From the NCBI GenBank assembly GCA_902547695.1, contig CACCOR010000008.1, forward strand, positions 3,395 through 67,394: a stretch of DNA of 64,000 bases, written 5' to 3'. The notes below the pieces were generated by a model that was given only the letters and a program-made list of their open reading frames with translations, was not told the DNA's origin and did no database searches. This DNA is from an uncultured SAR86 cluster bacterium (GTDB lineage Bacteria; Pseudomonadota; Gammaproteobacteria; Magnimaribacterales; D2472). Positions 53,941 to 64,000 of the stretch are shown here, piece after piece; position 1 is the stretch's first letter; every line of letters begins with the position of its first letter. The position numbers and the translations under genes were made by a program.

Positions 53941-54924
53941 TTATGACACCTCAACTACAATGTTGCCAATAATATTACCACTTTCCATTGCTTCATGAGC
54001 CTCGATAATATTATCTATAGAGAAAGTTTTTGTAACCATATGTTTTAAAGAATTTTCGTTTAACATTCTTGAAAGTCCATTTATAAGTTCTTTTCTGAAA
54101 TTTTGATTAATTGAATATATTAAAAAAGTATCAATTTTTATCCCTTTAAACATAAAGTTGTAGAAGGGCAATTTTGGTTCTATTTCTGCCATCGAACCAT
54201 ATGCTGCTATAACACCATTTGATTTCAAGATCTTCTCATTAATTGATAAATTACCTCCAAATTCAACTTCAAAGATTCTGTCTACTCCTTTATTGTCTGT
54301 GTAATTCATAATTTCTTCGACAACATCCTCATTCTTATAGTTTATTACTTTATCTGCACCTGCCTCTTGAGCAACCTCTCCCTTCTCATCACTGCTTATA
54401 GTTGAAATAACATTTGCTCCAGAAAGTTTGGCTAGTTGAATACCATAAAATCCTACAGCACCAGCTCCTCCAGAAATTAATACAGTTTTGTCTTTAACTG
54501 AACCATTAGCGAATATCCCATAATATGCTGTAGAAGCAGGTATACCCATACATGCTGCAGATTTAAAATCTACACTGTCATTGATTTTGGCTGCTTGAAA
54601 TTCTGGTAAAGAAATTAACTCCGCACAAGTTCCAAAAGCTCTTCCAAAAGCACCATTCCAAATCCAAACTCTTTCGCCAATTCTATTTTTATCGACACCT
54701 TCTCCAACATCAACGATAGTTCCCGCACCATCAGAGTGAGGTATTATCTTTGGAAATTGGAGCTCACCTCTTGCTCCTGCCCTAGTTTTCACATCTGATG
54801 GATTAATGCCAGATGTTTTAAGTTTTACTAAAACCTCGCCTTTGTTTGGAACAGGGTTATCTAATTCTCCAATCTGAAGAACCGTTTGTGCTTCACCAGT
54901 TTTTTCATACCAAGCTGCCTTCAT
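53941..54924 (-). CDS. NADPH:quinone reductase-like medium-chain dehydrogenase/reductase
   Basis: 327 aa. GINPSD and ISGGAGAVG nucleotide-binding motif. Confidence 0.8.
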   Translation of the reverse strand: MKAAWYEKTGEAQTVLQIGELDNPVPNKGEVLVKLKTSGINPSDVKTRAGARGELQFPKIIPHSDGAGTIVDVGEGVDKNRIGERVWIWNGAFGRAFGTCAELISLPEFQAAKINDSVDFKSAACMGIPASTAYYGIFANGSVKDKTVLISGGAGAVGFYGIQLAKLSGANVISTISSDEKGEVAQEAGADKVINYKNEDVVEEIMNYTDNKGVDRIFEVEFGGNLSINEKILKSNGVIAAYGSMAEIEPKLPFYNFMFKGIKIDTFLIYSINQNFRKELINGLSRMLNENSLKHMVTKTFSIDNIIEAHEAMESGNIIGNIVVEVS

Positions 54925-54925
54925 A

Positions 54926-55711
54926 TTAATCTTTCTCCATCATTGATAGGGTTTCTGTATGTCCGTCAATAACAAGCATTTGCCCGGTTATATTTTTTGC
55001 TAAAGGAGACAATAAATAAATTATCATCCCAATAACTTCTTCAACATCAATGAAAGTTTTTAAAGATGTTTGATTGAGATATGTCGATTTTATTTTATCT
55101 ATTGAAGTATTTCGATATTCAGCTTCTTTTTTAATAACATTTTCAATACGCTTACCGTTAATTGAGCTAGGACATATTGCATTAAACCTAATCTTATTTT
55201 TTCCATACTCCATGGCCCAGGTTTTTGTTAGACCAATTAGGCCCCATTTTGATGCTGAATATGCTGATCTTAGAGGAGTTCCCATGAACGATGACGTTGA
55301 TCCAATATTAATTACGGAGCCTCCATTTTTCTTCATTAAAGGTATTGCAGATCTTGTTGCTAAAAAAACTCCATCAAGATTTGTATCAATAGTCTCTTTC
55401 CAATCTTGGAAACTAATATCTTCAAGTTTTGCTGATGGACCTGAAATACCTGCATTGTTTATTAACGCGTTAATGCTACCCGCTTTCTTTTCAATTTCGT
55501 TAAAAAATTTTTTTATCTGTTGTTCTTCAGAAACATCAACATTATGGCAATCTATTTTAGGATTATTCTTAGAAAATCTATCAAGTGCTGAAGAGTCTTT
55601 GTCACATATTGTTACGCATGATCCATGCTTGCTTAATTCAATTGCCATTTCTGAACCAATACCAGAAGCTCCTGCAGTAATAACAATATTAAGATTTTTA
55701 AGATGCTCCAT
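54926..55711 (-). CDS. SDR family oxidoreductase
   Basis: 261 aa. TAGASGIGSE, NNAG, YSASK. Confidence 0.85.
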   Translation of the reverse strand: MEHLKNLNIVITAGASGIGSEMAIELSKHGSCVTICDKDSSALDRFSKNNPKIDCHNVDVSEEQQIKKFFNEIEKKAGSINALINNAGISGPSAKLEDISFQDWKETIDTNLDGVFLATRSAIPLMKKNGGSVINIGSTSSFMGTPLRSAYSASKWGLIGLTKTWAMEYGKNKIRFNAICPSSINGKRIENVIKKEAEYRNTSIDKIKSTYLNQTSLKTFIDVEEVIGMIIYLLSPLAKNITGQMLVIDGHTETLSMMEKD

Positions 55712-55719
55712 ATTTGAAA

Positions 55720-56136
55720 TTAAAGATCGCCTTTTTTTCTGACCTCACTTCTCTCGACCTCAAATTTTTCTCCATATCTTGCAGCAAGTTTTTCTTGGTT
55801 TTCACTAATTACTTCATATGGATCAAGCCCTAATGAGGCACAAGCAGTAACCCAGTACCACATAATATCCCCAAGCTCTCTTTTCATATGAAATATATTA
55901 TCTTCAGACGGTGGCTTGCCTTGAAGAAACATCTTTTTAACGATTTCTACAAATTCACCAGTCTCACTCCCCAAACCAAGTGCAGCAGTTAAGAGTCTGG
56001 GTGTTTTGATGTCTGATTTATTTTCAATTTCCTTAAAGCTTTCATTTAATGCTTCTAAGTCTAAACTTGGATCGCTTGTGACCTTTGTTACAAAATCAGT
56101 ATATGTTTTAAAAAACTCTTTTATCTCTTCGCTCAT
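55720..56136 (-). CDS. MazG-like nucleotide pyrophosphohydrolase domain protein
   Basis: 138 aa. GLGSETGEFVE and ELGDIMWY metal-binding helices. Confidence 0.65.
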   Translation of the reverse strand: MSEEIKEFFKTYTDFVTKVTSDPSLDLEALNESFKEIENKSDIKTPRLLTAALGLGSETGEFVEIVKKMFLQGKPPSEDNIFHMKRELGDIMWYWVTACASLGLDPYEVISENQEKLAARYGEKFEVERSEVRKKGDL

Positions 56137-56148
56137 ATTTTCCCCATT

Positions 56149-56994
56149 TTAATTATCAATTTTTAAAGACCTTTGGCTGTCAGCAATATTATATAAGTGA
56201 TCTTGTGCCTCGGGCTTAAGCTGTGCAACTCCCATAGTAAGAACATCTATTACCGCTGTGTAAGCAATTCTTGAAGTTAAAGGCATAGAGATACGATTAT
56301 TTACGCCAATATTTATTGTTAATGGAAAATCACACACATCAGCTAAAGGTGTATCAGCTGGCATGATACCTATAACCTTAACCCCATTTTTTTTAACAAT
56401 TTTTACACTATTTATTAGTGCAGCAGTTGTTCCAGACTGAGAAATTGCAACAACCACATCATTTTTTGCTAGCGAGTTAGCAGACATAAATTGCAGATGA
56501 GGATCAGAAATATATGATGAAGGAATTTTCAGTCTAAAAAATTTATGTTGACCGTCCATGGCAACTGGAGCTGATCCGCCAAAAGCATAAAACTCAACTC
56601 TGTCAGCGTTTACAAGAGTTTCGATTGCATTTTCAAGAATATCCTGATTTATTTGAGATCTTACATTCAAAATCTCACTAATGGTTGTGTCAAAAACTTT
56701 CTCACAAAGTTCATGTATTGAATCATCTTCATTAATTTCATACATAACAAAATAATCATCCGCTGCAAGTTGTTGAGAAAGATTGATCTTTAGTTCTTGA
56801 AAACCGGAAAAACCTATTGCTTTACAAAATCTAATCAGAGTTGGCTCACTAATGCCCATTGCCTCTGATGCTTCGGCAGTTTTCATAGTAATAATTGATT
56901 TTGGATCCTTTAAGATGTATTCACCAACAATTTTTTCAGATTTTCGCAAATCAGGAAGCGAATTTTTAATTTGTCTCAATAATTTTGTTGACAT
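56149..56994 (-). CDS. MurR/RpiR family transcriptional regulator (HTH + SIS domain)
   Basis: 281 aa. N-terminal HTH_6-like region (SEPTLIRFCKAIGFSGFQELK) and a SIS domain (AISQSGTT). Confidence 0.85.
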   Translation of the reverse strand: MSTKLLRQIKNSLPDLRKSEKIVGEYILKDPKSIITMKTAEASEAMGISEPTLIRFCKAIGFSGFQELKINLSQQLAADDYFVMYEINEDDSIHELCEKVFDTTISEILNVRSQINQDILENAIETLVNADRVEFYAFGGSAPVAMDGQHKFFRLKIPSSYISDPHLQFMSANSLAKNDVVVAISQSGTTAALINSVKIVKKNGVKVIGIMPADTPLADVCDFPLTINIGVNNRISMPLTSRIAYTAVIDVLTMGVAQLKPEAQDHLYNIADSQRSLKIDN

Positions 56995-57036
56995 AAGGTT
57001 AGAATATCTAACTTAAACAAAAAAATGAATCCCTAA

Positions 57037-59211
57037 ATGGATGTATCTCATATTTTAGAAAGCTTAAACGAAGATCAGCGAAACGCTGTTACTTCCGAAA
57101 AACAACATCTCCTAGTTTTGGCAGGAGCCGGTTCTGGTAAAACTAGGGTTCTTGTGCACAAAATTGCATGGGAAGTAGAAGCGCTTGGAAGAAATCCATC
57201 TGCAATAATGGCTGTAACTTTTACCAATAAAGCTGCAAACGAAATGAGATCAAGAATTGAAGAACTTCTTCAATCTCCAATTCTTGATTCTTGGGTTGGA
57301 ACATTTCATGGCCTGTCTCACAAACTGCTTAAGAGATTTCATAAGGAGGCAGAACTCTCAAGTGGATTTACTATTCTTGATTCAGATGACCAATTAAGAA
57401 TAGTAAAAAGAATATCAAAAGAACTTAGTTTGGATGAAGCCACATGGCCAGCAAGACAAAGTCAGTGGCAAATCAATTCATGGAAAGATGATGGATTGAG
57501 AAGTAAAGATGTTAATGAAAAAGGAGATTTTTATACTGAAACTGTCAATAAAATATATAAAGAATATGAAAAGGTTTGTAAAAATGATGACCTAGTTGAT
57601 TTTGGTGAACTGCTTTTAAAGTCTTATGAAATACTAGTTGCTTCGCCTTCAGTTAAGACTTTTTTTCAATCAAGGTTCCAATCAATTCTTATTGATGAGT
57701 TTCAGGATACTAATACTATTCAATATAAATGGCTTCGTGAAATAGCATCGGAAGATGCAAATGTAACAGCGGTTGGAGATGACGATCAGTCTATATATGG
57801 CTGGCGTGGAGCTAAAGTCGAACATGTAAATTCTTTTACAGAAGATTACAAAAATACAGAGATTGTTAGGCTCGAACAAAATTATAGATCTACTAACGTG
57901 ATTCTAAACGCCGCAAATGCATTAATTGATAATAACAAAGACAGACTTGGTAAAAATTTATGGACAGAAAAACTAGAGGGTGAACAAATAGTTCTTTATC
58001 AGGCTTACAATGAACAGGATGAGGCAAGATTCATTGCAGATGTTCTAAAGGATTGGATGAATAAAGGCGGGGCATATAATGAAACAGCAGTTCTATATAG
58101 ATCAAATGCACAATCAAGAGCAATAGAAGAAGCTTTATTAAGAATAAGCATTCCGTACAGGATTTACGGCGGATTGCGTTTCTATGAAAGGCTCGAAATA
58201 AAAAATGCAATCGCATATTTGAAAATTATATTTAACAATAATGATAATCCATCCTTTGAGAGATCAATATCAAATCCAACTAGAGGAGTTGGAGAAAAAA
58301 CTTTGGGCAAAATTCGACAAACGGCTCATAAATATAATATTTCTTATATTAAAGCATCTGCAAAATTAATTGATGAGGGATCAATTTCTGGAAGGGGTGG
58401 TTCTGGATTGAGAGACTATCTGGAGTTTGTTGCAGGATGTAAGTCATTCATTAAAGACAATAGTTTGTCGGATTTAATGGAACTTATTATTAAAGAATCT
58501 GGCTTATATTCATATCATGCTAAAGAGGCTGGTGAAAAAGGTAAAACTAGAACAGAAAATCTTGAAGAATTAATAACGGCGACTAAAAATTTTGAGCAAA
58601 GTGTTAAAGAAGATAAAACAAATAATGAAATTGCAGAAAACTATCTTGATGTTATCTCTCTTGATGCCGGCGATAGACAAGCTGCTGAGCATGATGATGC
58701 TGCACAACTTATGACAATGCACTCTGCAAAGGGTCTTGAATTCAAATTAGTCCTTCTTACTGGCTTAGAAGAAAGTTTATTCCCACATGGCAGATCAATG
58801 GAAAGCGCATCTCAATTAGAGGAAGAAAGAAGACTTTGTTATGTTGCAATTACAAGAGCAATGGAGAAATTATATATAACGCATGCTGAATCAAGGAGGC
58901 TGCATGGTAATGATACTTTCAATCCTCCTTCAAGATTTTTAAGAGAAATACCAAAAGACTTAATTGATGAAATAAGACCTAGAGCACAAACCAATATTCC
59001 TTATAATAGAAAAGACTTCAATGAAACCAAAGTGGAGTTTGAGGAGGAAATCGGAATTGCGCTTGGCCAGAAAGTAAAACATAAGAAATTTGGTGAAGGT
59101 ATTGTATTAAATTATGAAGGTTCAGGAGACTCAGCAAGAGTTCAAGTAAATTTTGATGCTTCTGGAACAAAATGGTTGGTAATGGCTTACGCAAATCTTG
59201 AAAAACTATAA
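57037..59211 (+). CDS. uvrD: DNA helicase II
   Basis: 724 aa. LLVLAGAGSGKTRVL, DEFQDTN, QNYRST, MTMHSAKGLEF, VAITRA. Length fits UvrD rather than Rep. Confidence 0.9.
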   Translation: MDVSHILESLNEDQRNAVTSEKQHLLVLAGAGSGKTRVLVHKIAWEVEALGRNPSAIMAVTFTNKAANEMRSRIEELLQSPILDSWVGTFHGLSHKLLKRFHKEAELSSGFTILDSDDQLRIVKRISKELSLDEATWPARQSQWQINSWKDDGLRSKDVNEKGDFYTETVNKIYKEYEKVCKNDDLVDFGELLLKSYEILVASPSVKTFFQSRFQSILIDEFQDTNTIQYKWLREIASEDANVTAVGDDDQSIYGWRGAKVEHVNSFTEDYKNTEIVRLEQNYRSTNVILNAANALIDNNKDRLGKNLWTEKLEGEQIVLYQAYNEQDEARFIADVLKDWMNKGGAYNETAVLYRSNAQSRAIEEALLRISIPYRIYGGLRFYERLEIKNAIAYLKIIFNNNDNPSFERSISNPTRGVGEKTLGKIRQTAHKYNISYIKASAKLIDEGSISGRGGSGLRDYLEFVAGCKSFIKDNSLSDLMELIIKESGLYSYHAKEAGEKGKTRTENLEELITATKNFEQSVKEDKTNNEIAENYLDVISLDAGDRQAAEHDDAAQLMTMHSAKGLEFKLVLLTGLEESLFPHGRSMESASQLEEERRLCYVAITRAMEKLYITHAESRRLHGNDTFNPPSRFLREIPKDLIDEIRPRAQTNIPYNRKDFNETKVEFEEEIGIALGQKVKHKKFGEGIVLNYEGSGDSARVQVNFDASGTKWLVMAYANLEKL

Positions 59212-60296
59212 TGAAAAAAATAACTCTTATATTTTCTGTAATTTTTTTAGTTGGTTGCTCTGATGAATCCAAAAATATTGATTCGCAATCAATTGATAAA
59301 AATGAAACCTTTAATTGGCGCCTTGTAACCTCATGGCCTAAAAATTATCCAGGACTTGGAATGGCTCCAGAAAGAATTGCAGACCTCGTTGAGGAAATGA
59401 GTGATGGCCAAATGAAAATTACAGTTTATGGTGCAGAAGAACAAGTTCCTGCATTTGGCGTATTTGATGCTGTATCAAGTGGATCTCATCAGATGGGACA
59501 TAGTGGAGGTTATTTCTGGAAAGGTAAAGTTCCAGCTGCACAATTTTTTACCAGTGTTCCATTTGGGTTAACCGCAGATGAGATTAATGCATGGGTCAAT
59601 AGAGGCGGAGGCTTAGAATTATGGAGAGAAATTTATGCTCCATTTAATATTTATCCTATTCCAGCAGGAAATACAGGTACACAAATGTTTGGCTGGTTTA
59701 ATAAAGAAATCAATTCTTTAGAGGATGTAAAAGGACTAAAAATGAGAATTCCTGGAATTGGCGGTGAAGTATTGAAGGAGGCTGGTGGAATCCCAGTAAC
59801 ACTTCCAGGAGGAGAGCTTTTTACTGCACTTCAAACAGGAGTAATTGATGCTACTGAATGGGTAGGCCCATACAATGATTTAACCTTTGGTTTCCATCAG
59901 GCAGCAAAATATTATTATTATCCAGGATGGCATGAGCCAGGACCTATGTTAGAACTGTTAATTAATATTGATGCATGGAATTCTCTACCAAATCACCTTC
60001 AAGTTATTATCGAAACTGCAACAAAAGCTGTGAATCAGGATATGCTTGATGAATATTTAGCAAAAAATAATCAGGCACTTACTGAGCTTGTTGAGGTTCA
60101 CGGTGTCGAGTTAAGAAGATTGCCTGATGATGTAATCGAAGAATTTAGAGAAATATCTAACAAAATTCTTGATGATCTGGCCAAAGAAGATGAAACAATA
60201 GCTAAAGTTTATGAATCTTATTTAAACTTTAAGAATAATGTATCTGCATATCATGAGATATCTGAAGATGCCTTTGTTGAATCAAGAAATAAATAG
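59211..60296 (+). CDS. TRAP transporter substrate-binding protein (DctP-type)
   Basis: 361 aa. Lipoprotein-like signal (LVGC). WRLVTSWPKNYPGLG and EWVGPYND blocks. The start overlaps the uvrD stop by 1 nt. Confidence 0.75.
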   Translation: MKKITLIFSVIFLVGCSDESKNIDSQSIDKNETFNWRLVTSWPKNYPGLGMAPERIADLVEEMSDGQMKITVYGAEEQVPAFGVFDAVSSGSHQMGHSGGYFWKGKVPAAQFFTSVPFGLTADEINAWVNRGGGLELWREIYAPFNIYPIPAGNTGTQMFGWFNKEINSLEDVKGLKMRIPGIGGEVLKEAGGIPVTLPGGELFTALQTGVIDATEWVGPYNDLTFGFHQAAKYYYYPGWHEPGPMLELLINIDAWNSLPNHLQVIIETATKAVNQDMLDEYLAKNNQALTELVEVHGVELRRLPDDVIEEFREISNKILDDLAKEDETIAKVYESYLNFKNNVSAYHEISEDAFVESRNK

Positions 60297-60898
60297 TGCT
60301 TGAAGACTTAACTTTTAAATCTCTTGGTATTGTTAATTATCATGAAACTCTAGAGCAAATGAGAGCTCATATTAATGAAGATGCGTTTAAAAATGAGATA
60401 TGGATACTTGAACATCCACCTATTTTTACTTTAGGAACTGCTGCTGATAAAAAACATATATTAGATTCAAAGGAAATTCCTGTTGTTCAGTCTGATAGAG
60501 GAGGAGAAGTAACTTATCATGGACCGGGTCAGATAATTATTTATTTTTTGCTCGATGTTAAGAATTTAAATTGTGGCCCCAATAAACTTGTTGCAACAAT
60601 TCAAGATTTTGTTAAAGAGCTACTTTCAAAATTATCTATAGAATGTAATTTTAAAGATGGAGCTCCTGGTGTATATGTTGATAAGAAGAAAATTGCTTCA
60701 ATTGGATTAAGAATTTCAAAAGGAAAGTCTTATCATGGAATAAGCATTAATTTTGATATGGATTTATCACCATTTAAACAAATAAATCCTTGTGGTTATA
60801 AAGGCCTTGAAGTTACTCAGATAAAGGATTTAAATAAAGATATTTCTAAATTACAATTGCATGAAATCATAATAGATTTATTAAGAAAAGTATTTTAG
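60296..60898 (+). CDS. lipB: lipoyl(octanoyl) transferase
   Basis: 200 aa, GTG start. [12 protein letters not shown] and KIASIGLR. Confidence 0.9.
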   Translation: MLEDLTFKSLGIVNYHETLEQMRAHINEDAFKNEIWILEHPPIFTLGTAADKKHILDSKEIPVVQSDRGGEVTYHGPGQIIIYFLLDVKNLNCGPNKLVATIQDFVKELLSKLSIECNFKDGAPGVYVDKKKIASIGLRISKGKSYHGISINFDMDLSPFKQINPCGYKGLEVTQIKDLNKDISKLQLHEIIIDLLRKVF

Positions 60899-60900
60899 TT

Positions 60901-61863
60901 ATGGAAATAATAGCAACTACAAAAATTACAAATAGAGATGGCATAAAGGCTATAAAAAATGGTCAAAAGCTCAATAAGTACGCTGATATTCCTACACCAA
61001 AGAAACCAAGCTGGCTAAAAGTTAAAGCTGAATTCAATCCTAATTTTCATAAGGTAAAAGAACAAGTACACAGTAAGCAACTTTATACAGTTTGCGAAGA
61101 GGCTCATTGTCCTAATATCAGCGAGTGTTGGTCTGCTGGAACTGCTACTTTTATGCTGATGGGTTCTGTATGCACAAGAGCATGCAAGTTTTGTTCAGTT
61201 GACACAGGTAATCCAAATGGATGGCTTGATAAAGATGAACCTTTAAATACCGCAAAAGCTGTCGAAATTATGAACCTTAAGTATGTAGTTTTGACATCAG
61301 TGAATAGAGATGATCTTCCGGACGGAGGTGCTCAACATTTTGCAAATACTGTAAAGCTAATAAAAGAATTAAATCCTAATACCGCTGTCGAAGCACTTAC
61401 TCCAGATTTCAAAGGGCTCTCATCATCGATTGAAACTTTAGTTAATTGTGGATTAGAAGTTTTTGCTCAAAATATTGAAACTGTTGAGAGACTTACTCAT
61501 CAAGTTAGAGATATAAGAGCAGGTTATCAACAAACACTAGATGTTCTTGCTGAATCAAAGCGAATTAATCCAAAAGTTCTTACTAAAACAAGCATAATTC
61601 TTGGACTTGGTGAGACAGATTCGGAAATAGAGCAGACTCTGAACGACTTAGCAAAAAACAAAGTTGATATCGTCACAATTGGTCAATATTTAAGACCAAC
61701 TAGAAACCATCATCCAATTGAAAGATGGGTTACACCAGAAGAATTTGAGAGATATAGACAAATAGGTCTCAGCAAAGGTTTTCTTGAAGTTGTATCAGGC
61801 CCAATGGTTCGATCTAGTTACAGAGCTGAGAGAGCTCTTGAAAAAAATAACGCCGGCTTATAG
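60901..61863 (+). CDS. lipA: lipoyl synthase
   Basis: 320 aa. [12 protein letters not shown] and the radical-SAM CTRACKFC cluster motifs. Confidence 0.95.
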   Translation: MEIIATTKITNRDGIKAIKNGQKLNKYADIPTPKKPSWLKVKAEFNPNFHKVKEQVHSKQLYTVCEEAHCPNISECWSAGTATFMLMGSVCTRACKFCSVDTGNPNGWLDKDEPLNTAKAVEIMNLKYVVLTSVNRDDLPDGGAQHFANTVKLIKELNPNTAVEALTPDFKGLSSSIETLVNCGLEVFAQNIETVERLTHQVRDIRAGYQQTLDVLAESKRINPKVLTKTSIILGLGETDSEIEQTLNDLAKNKVDIVTIGQYLRPTRNHHPIERWVTPEEFERYRQIGLSKGFLEVVSGPMVRSSYRAERALEKNNAGL

Positions 61864-62628
61864 ATCAAATTCTTTACCAAGACTTTCTCTTACTTTCTTT
61901 GTCCAGACTTCGTATCCTTTTTCATTCATGTGCAATCCATCCTCAATGAATAACTCTGGCATTCTTGACCCATCCTGATTCAGCATAGGATCCCAAATAT
62001 TAATATATTCTAAGTAAGCATCGTCACTTGCAAGCGACCTAACTAAACTATTAAAAATCCTTTCTTCTTTATCAAGATATAGTCTGTCCAAGGTTGGCTT
62101 TATACCAATTACATAAACTTTGATGTTTCCAAACTCATTCCTAACAAGACTCAAGAATTTTTTGAAATCATGCACAGTTTCTTCTGGAGTCTTTAATGCA
62201 GTTAGATCATTTGTTCCACAGAAAAAGACAATAGCCTTTGGATTGTAGGGCTTAACAATAACTTCAAAATGATGAATAACATGAGAAATTTGTGCTCCCC
62301 CAAAACCACGATTTAAGACTTCAAGTGGTTCCATGTCTTCTTCTAAGGAATCCCAAAACCTTATACTTGAACTACCTGTAAATAGAATTTTGCCTTTTCC
62401 AGGAAAATTTTCGTTATCTAATCTTTTAAATTCATTAATTTCATCAATGAATGTATCGTCTTTGCTCCATTGTTGAATATATATAGCCTCTTTTTTAACT
62501 TGAAAAAAAGACTTTTCAATACCATTCTTTTCTGCATGAATTTTGATTCTGTTTTCTAATTCAACAAAACCATCTGAGCAGCTAATTAAGATAAAGAAAG
62601 TAGATATGATTAAGAATTTCTTATTCAT
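61858..62628 (-). CDS. SGNH/GDSL hydrolase family lipoprotein
   Basis: 256 aa. Lipobox (LISC). GSSS, GFGG, GTND and DGLH blocks. Confidence 0.75.
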   Translation of the reverse strand: MNKKFLIISTFFILISCSDGFVELENRIKIHAEKNGIEKSFFQVKKEAIYIQQWSKDDTFIDEINEFKRLDNENFPGKGKILFTGSSSIRFWDSLEEDMEPLEVLNRGFGGAQISHVIHHFEVIVKPYNPKAIVFFCGTNDLTALKTPEETVHDFKKFLSLVRNEFGNIKVYVIGIKPTLDRLYLDKEERIFNSLVRSLASDDAYLEYINIWDPMLNQDGSRMPELFIEDGLHMNEKGYEVWTKKVRESLGKEFDL

Positions 62629-62634
62629 GAGCTC

Positions 62635-63972
62635 TTATATTATTAAAATTGGAAACAACATAACTGCAAAAAGAATAATAATTTGAATTAATATAAAAGG
62701 AATAACACCTTTATATATTTCTTTAGTTTGTATGCTCTCATCTGCAACCCCTCTCAAGTAAAAAAGCGAAAATCCAAATGGTGGAGTTAAAAATGATGTT
62801 TGTAAGTTTATTGCAAATAAAATAGCAAGCCATACAGGATCAAAGCCCATCATCAAAAGAGGTGGAGCAACGAGTGGCACTATTACATAACAAATCTCAA
62901 TAAAATCTAAAATAAAACCAAGCAAAAAAATAATAACTAGGACAAATATTAGAGCAGTAAATGATCCTCCAGGGAGAGAATTAAAGATTAGGTCAATTAA
63001 CTCATCACCTCCAACACCTCTAAATATTAGTGAAAAAATTGATGCACCAATAAGAATTGTAAAAATCATTGTTGAAACAATTGCAGTTTTCTCAGAAGTC
63101 TCTTTTAAGAAATGTAAATTAACTTTTCTGTTTATTAATGCAATTAATAAGGCACCAAATGCTCCAATTGCAGCCGCCTCTGTAGGCGTTGCAATACCTG
63201 CAAATATAGAGCCTAGAACTAAAAAAATTAAGACTACTGGGAGGGCTAGCGTCTTAAATAATTCAACTTTATTTATAGCAAATTCTGTTGAAGTATCTTT
63301 TAAATCTAAATTATTGCTATTTTTATAAAGTGTATAAATAAGATACCCAATACATATCAGAATTCCAGGAACAATAGCACCTATAAACAAATCTCCAACA
63401 GTTACGGTTTGTTGGGAAAATATACCCATGTCATTTTGAGCTCTTTGATAAGCATTTGACATAACATCACCAAGCAAAACTAAGGCTATGGATGGTGGAA
63501 TTATTTGTCCAAGAGTCCCAGTGGATGCAACCAACCCAGCTGAGAAGCTTTTATCGTATCCTTGATTTATTAGAATTGGGAGGGACATTAGACCCATAGT
63601 GACTACAGTCGCGCCAACAATCCCTGTACTTGCTGCAAGTAAAGCGCCAACAATAATTATCGATATAGACAATCCGCCTTTTATACTTCTAAAAGCCTTT
63701 GCCATATTTTCAAGCATCTTTGCAGCAATACCAGATTTTTCAAGAATAGTTCCCATAAAAATAAATAGAGGAACTGCAAGCAACGTTACATTATTCATAA
63801 TTCCAAAAATTCTAATTGGAATACTTTTAAAAATAGTTGGATCAAAAATTCCTAAGGGAATGCAAATCAACGCAAATATTATTGATACACCTGCCAGAGT
63901 AAGCGCAACTGGAAAACCTACCAGTAAAGCAGCACAAATTATCATAAGTAGAAGAAGAGGGACTATTTCCAT
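62635..63972 (-). CDS. dctM: TRAP transporter large permease subunit (DctM)
   Basis: 445 aa polytopic protein with a DctM-type helix pattern. The small DctQ subunit presumably lies just beyond the window end. Confidence 0.85.
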   Translation of the reverse strand: MEIVPLLLLMIICAALLVGFPVALTLAGVSIIFALICIPLGIFDPTIFKSIPIRIFGIMNNVTLLAVPLFIFMGTILEKSGIAAKMLENMAKAFRSIKGGLSISIIIVGALLAASTGIVGATVVTMGLMSLPILINQGYDKSFSAGLVASTGTLGQIIPPSIALVLLGDVMSNAYQRAQNDMGIFSQQTVTVGDLFIGAIVPGILICIGYLIYTLYKNSNNLDLKDTSTEFAINKVELFKTLALPVVLIFLVLGSIFAGIATPTEAAAIGAFGALLIALINRKVNLHFLKETSEKTAIVSTMIFTILIGASIFSLIFRGVGGDELIDLIFNSLPGGSFTALIFVLVIIFLLGFILDFIEICYVIVPLVAPPLLMMGFDPVWLAILFAINLQTSFLTPPFGFSLFYLRGVADESIQTKEIYKGVIPFILIQIIILFAVMLFPILII

Positions 63973-64000
63973 TTTTTATGAATTAGTTGATATGCGAAAG

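Noticed and set aside
55074-55742. 222-aa ORF on the plus strand, the longest non-annotated ORF in the track
   Set aside because: It is entirely antisense to a well-supported SDR gene (54926-55711, with TGxxxGIG, NNAG and YxxxK motifs). It has no recognisable motifs and a low-complexity Phe/Ser/Ile-rich composition, as expected from the reverse complement of an AT-rich gene.
63973-64000. Possible 3' end of a dctQ gene on the minus strand
   Set aside because: Only 28 nt are available, and two frames end in TAA (63976-63978 or 63983-63985). That is too little sequence to call.

Overview
This is a 64-kb window from an AT-rich (about one-third G+C by eye), very tightly packed bacterial chromosome. 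Gene order points to a streamlined marine gammaproteobacterium; that taxonomic call is inference only.

Bases 1-24.6 kb are the classic origin-proximal core. On the minus strand: gyrB, recF, dnaN, dnaA. Diverging from it on the plus strand: rpmH-rnpA-yidC-mnmE-mnmG-rsmG-parA-parB-atpIBEFHAGDC-glmU-glmS. This is a Pseudomonas-like arrangement. A consensus DnaA box lies in the dnaA/rpmH spacer, and a near-perfect parS palindrome is embedded in the 3' end of recF.

From 24.6 kb onward the window holds about 55 small metabolic, detoxification, lipid-remodelling and exported or membrane proteins, many in DUF-type families. It ends with uvrD, a TRAP binding protein, lipB-lipA, an SGNH hydrolase and a TRAP DctM permease.

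I found no rRNA, tRNA, CRISPR array, transposase, integrase or phage genes.

The most unusual items:
- A translationally coupled run of exported proteins built around a parallel beta-helix / dihaem cytochrome c pair of unknown function. The beta-helix gene has no canonical start codon for its signal peptide.
- A 15-21 codon micro-ORF with 9 cysteine codons in the largest intergenic spacer.
- A GyrB lacking the long insertion found in E. coli-type GyrB, and a homodimeric-type GlyRS.
- A palindromic 11-mer shared by the two spacers that bracket the mnmG-parB block.
- Systematic 3' overlap of convergent genes.

All family assignments come from motif recognition by eye and need HMM or BLAST confirmation.
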